64,000 bases of DNA, from the NCBI GenBank assembly GCA_030704615.1, contig CM060733.1:39618001-39682000 (forward strand), read 5' to 3'. Made by a program: the position numbers and the translations under genes. This stretch comes from Takakia lepidozioides (taxonomy: Eukaryota > Plantae > Bryophyta). Below the pieces are notes generated by a model. That model made no database searches. It was given only the letters and a program-made list of their open reading frames with translations, and had not been told where the DNA came from. Every line of letters starts with the position of its first letter. Position 1 is the first letter of the stretch. Shown here piece after piece: positions 63,163 to 64,000 of this stretch.

Positions 63163-64000
63163 ATGATTCAAAACAGCCCTGATGAACTGGAGTACATTTC
63201 GAAGGCTTACAACGCTCCCATTAGTTCTTATGAGATTGTGGAAGCAATTGATCATTTTAATGGGTATAAAGCTGGTGGACCTGATGGCATAGTCAACGAG
63301 CTTATCAAGCACGGTGACGATCACATGATAGAGGCCCTAGTTCTACTCTTTAACCTTATCTGGAAGACTGAAATGATTCCCCTCCGCTGGCGACAGGGGG
63401 TAATTGTCAATCTCTACAAGAAGGGTGACAGAGAAGAACCGGGGAACTACCGTGGCATCACGCTCCTTGCTGTTGGCAAGATATTTTGCAGAGTTATAAG
63501 TACTCGTCTCGAGGTTGATCTGGAATCTACAGGTTGTTTCCACGAAGGCCAAGCGGGCTTTCGGCGAACCAGGGGCTGTGTGGATCATATCTTCACTCTA
63601 AGCCAGACTATTCAGGGAAGGAAAAAGAAGGAAGCCGACTTATGTTTTTTTCCTGGATGTCAAAAAGGCTTATGATACAGTGTGGAGAGATGGTCTTTGG
63701 CTCCGCCTGTGGTCTTGTGGGATCAAGGGAAACATGTGGAGAGTTGTCCATAACTTGTATACTCACACCAAAAGTTCTGTCATTGTTAATGGACAGAAGT
63801 CTAACTTCTTTGACATAGACCAAGGTGTAGCTCAAGAATGTACTCTCTCCCCTCTGCTCTTCAATGTCTTCATCAATCAACTCCTTGAGGATGTGGAAAG
63901 TGAGGGATTTGGGTTAAGGGTGGGTGATGCCACCATACCAGCCCTTATGTTTGCGGATGACTTCGCAGGCATAGGGGTGACTCCTTCCAAGCTCCAGGAA
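63163..64000 (+). mobile_element. Non-LTR retrotransposon (LINE) reverse transcriptase fragment, 5'-truncated and frameshifted, running off the window
   Basis: KAGGPDGI, LYKKGD...NYRGITLL, QAGFR..RGCVDHIF, then in a shifted frame FLDVKKAYDTVWR, GVAQ.CTLSPLLFN, LMFADD. Confidence 0.92.

Overview
Eukaryotic nuclear DNA from a seed-free land plant, probably a bryophyte or lycophyte (inferred from GT-AG introns, CYP704B and moss-like PLS-DYW PPR proteins). Apparently intact genes: a 2-exon secreted Cys-containing orphan protein (5609-6734, -), a 6-exon CYP704B P450 (19669-22764, +), an intronless bacterial-style O6-methylguanine-DNA methyltransferase (40652-41185, +) and a full PLS-E1-E2-DYW RNA-editing PPR (51456-54473, -, with extra upstream exons). 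The most striking observation is that the PPR-DYW family at 42-63 kb carries spliced N-terminal PDF motifs (WWDNRxKK|xxPRGPDFKHK...LW...P.WV), the ssDNA-binding module of OSB proteins, in about five copies arranged as head-to-head inverted duplications, most of them decayed. The rest is mobile DNA: two degenerate Sola-like DNA transposons (1-4.7 kb and about 25-39.5 kb, the second with three FCP1/NIF-phosphatase-like ORFs and a degenerate beta-class DNA-methyltransferase-like gene), MITEs, a tRNA-Gly-derived SINE, a LINE RT fragment and a PLAT + 2x hevein pseudogene. All family calls are by eye from motifs; no database searches were run.
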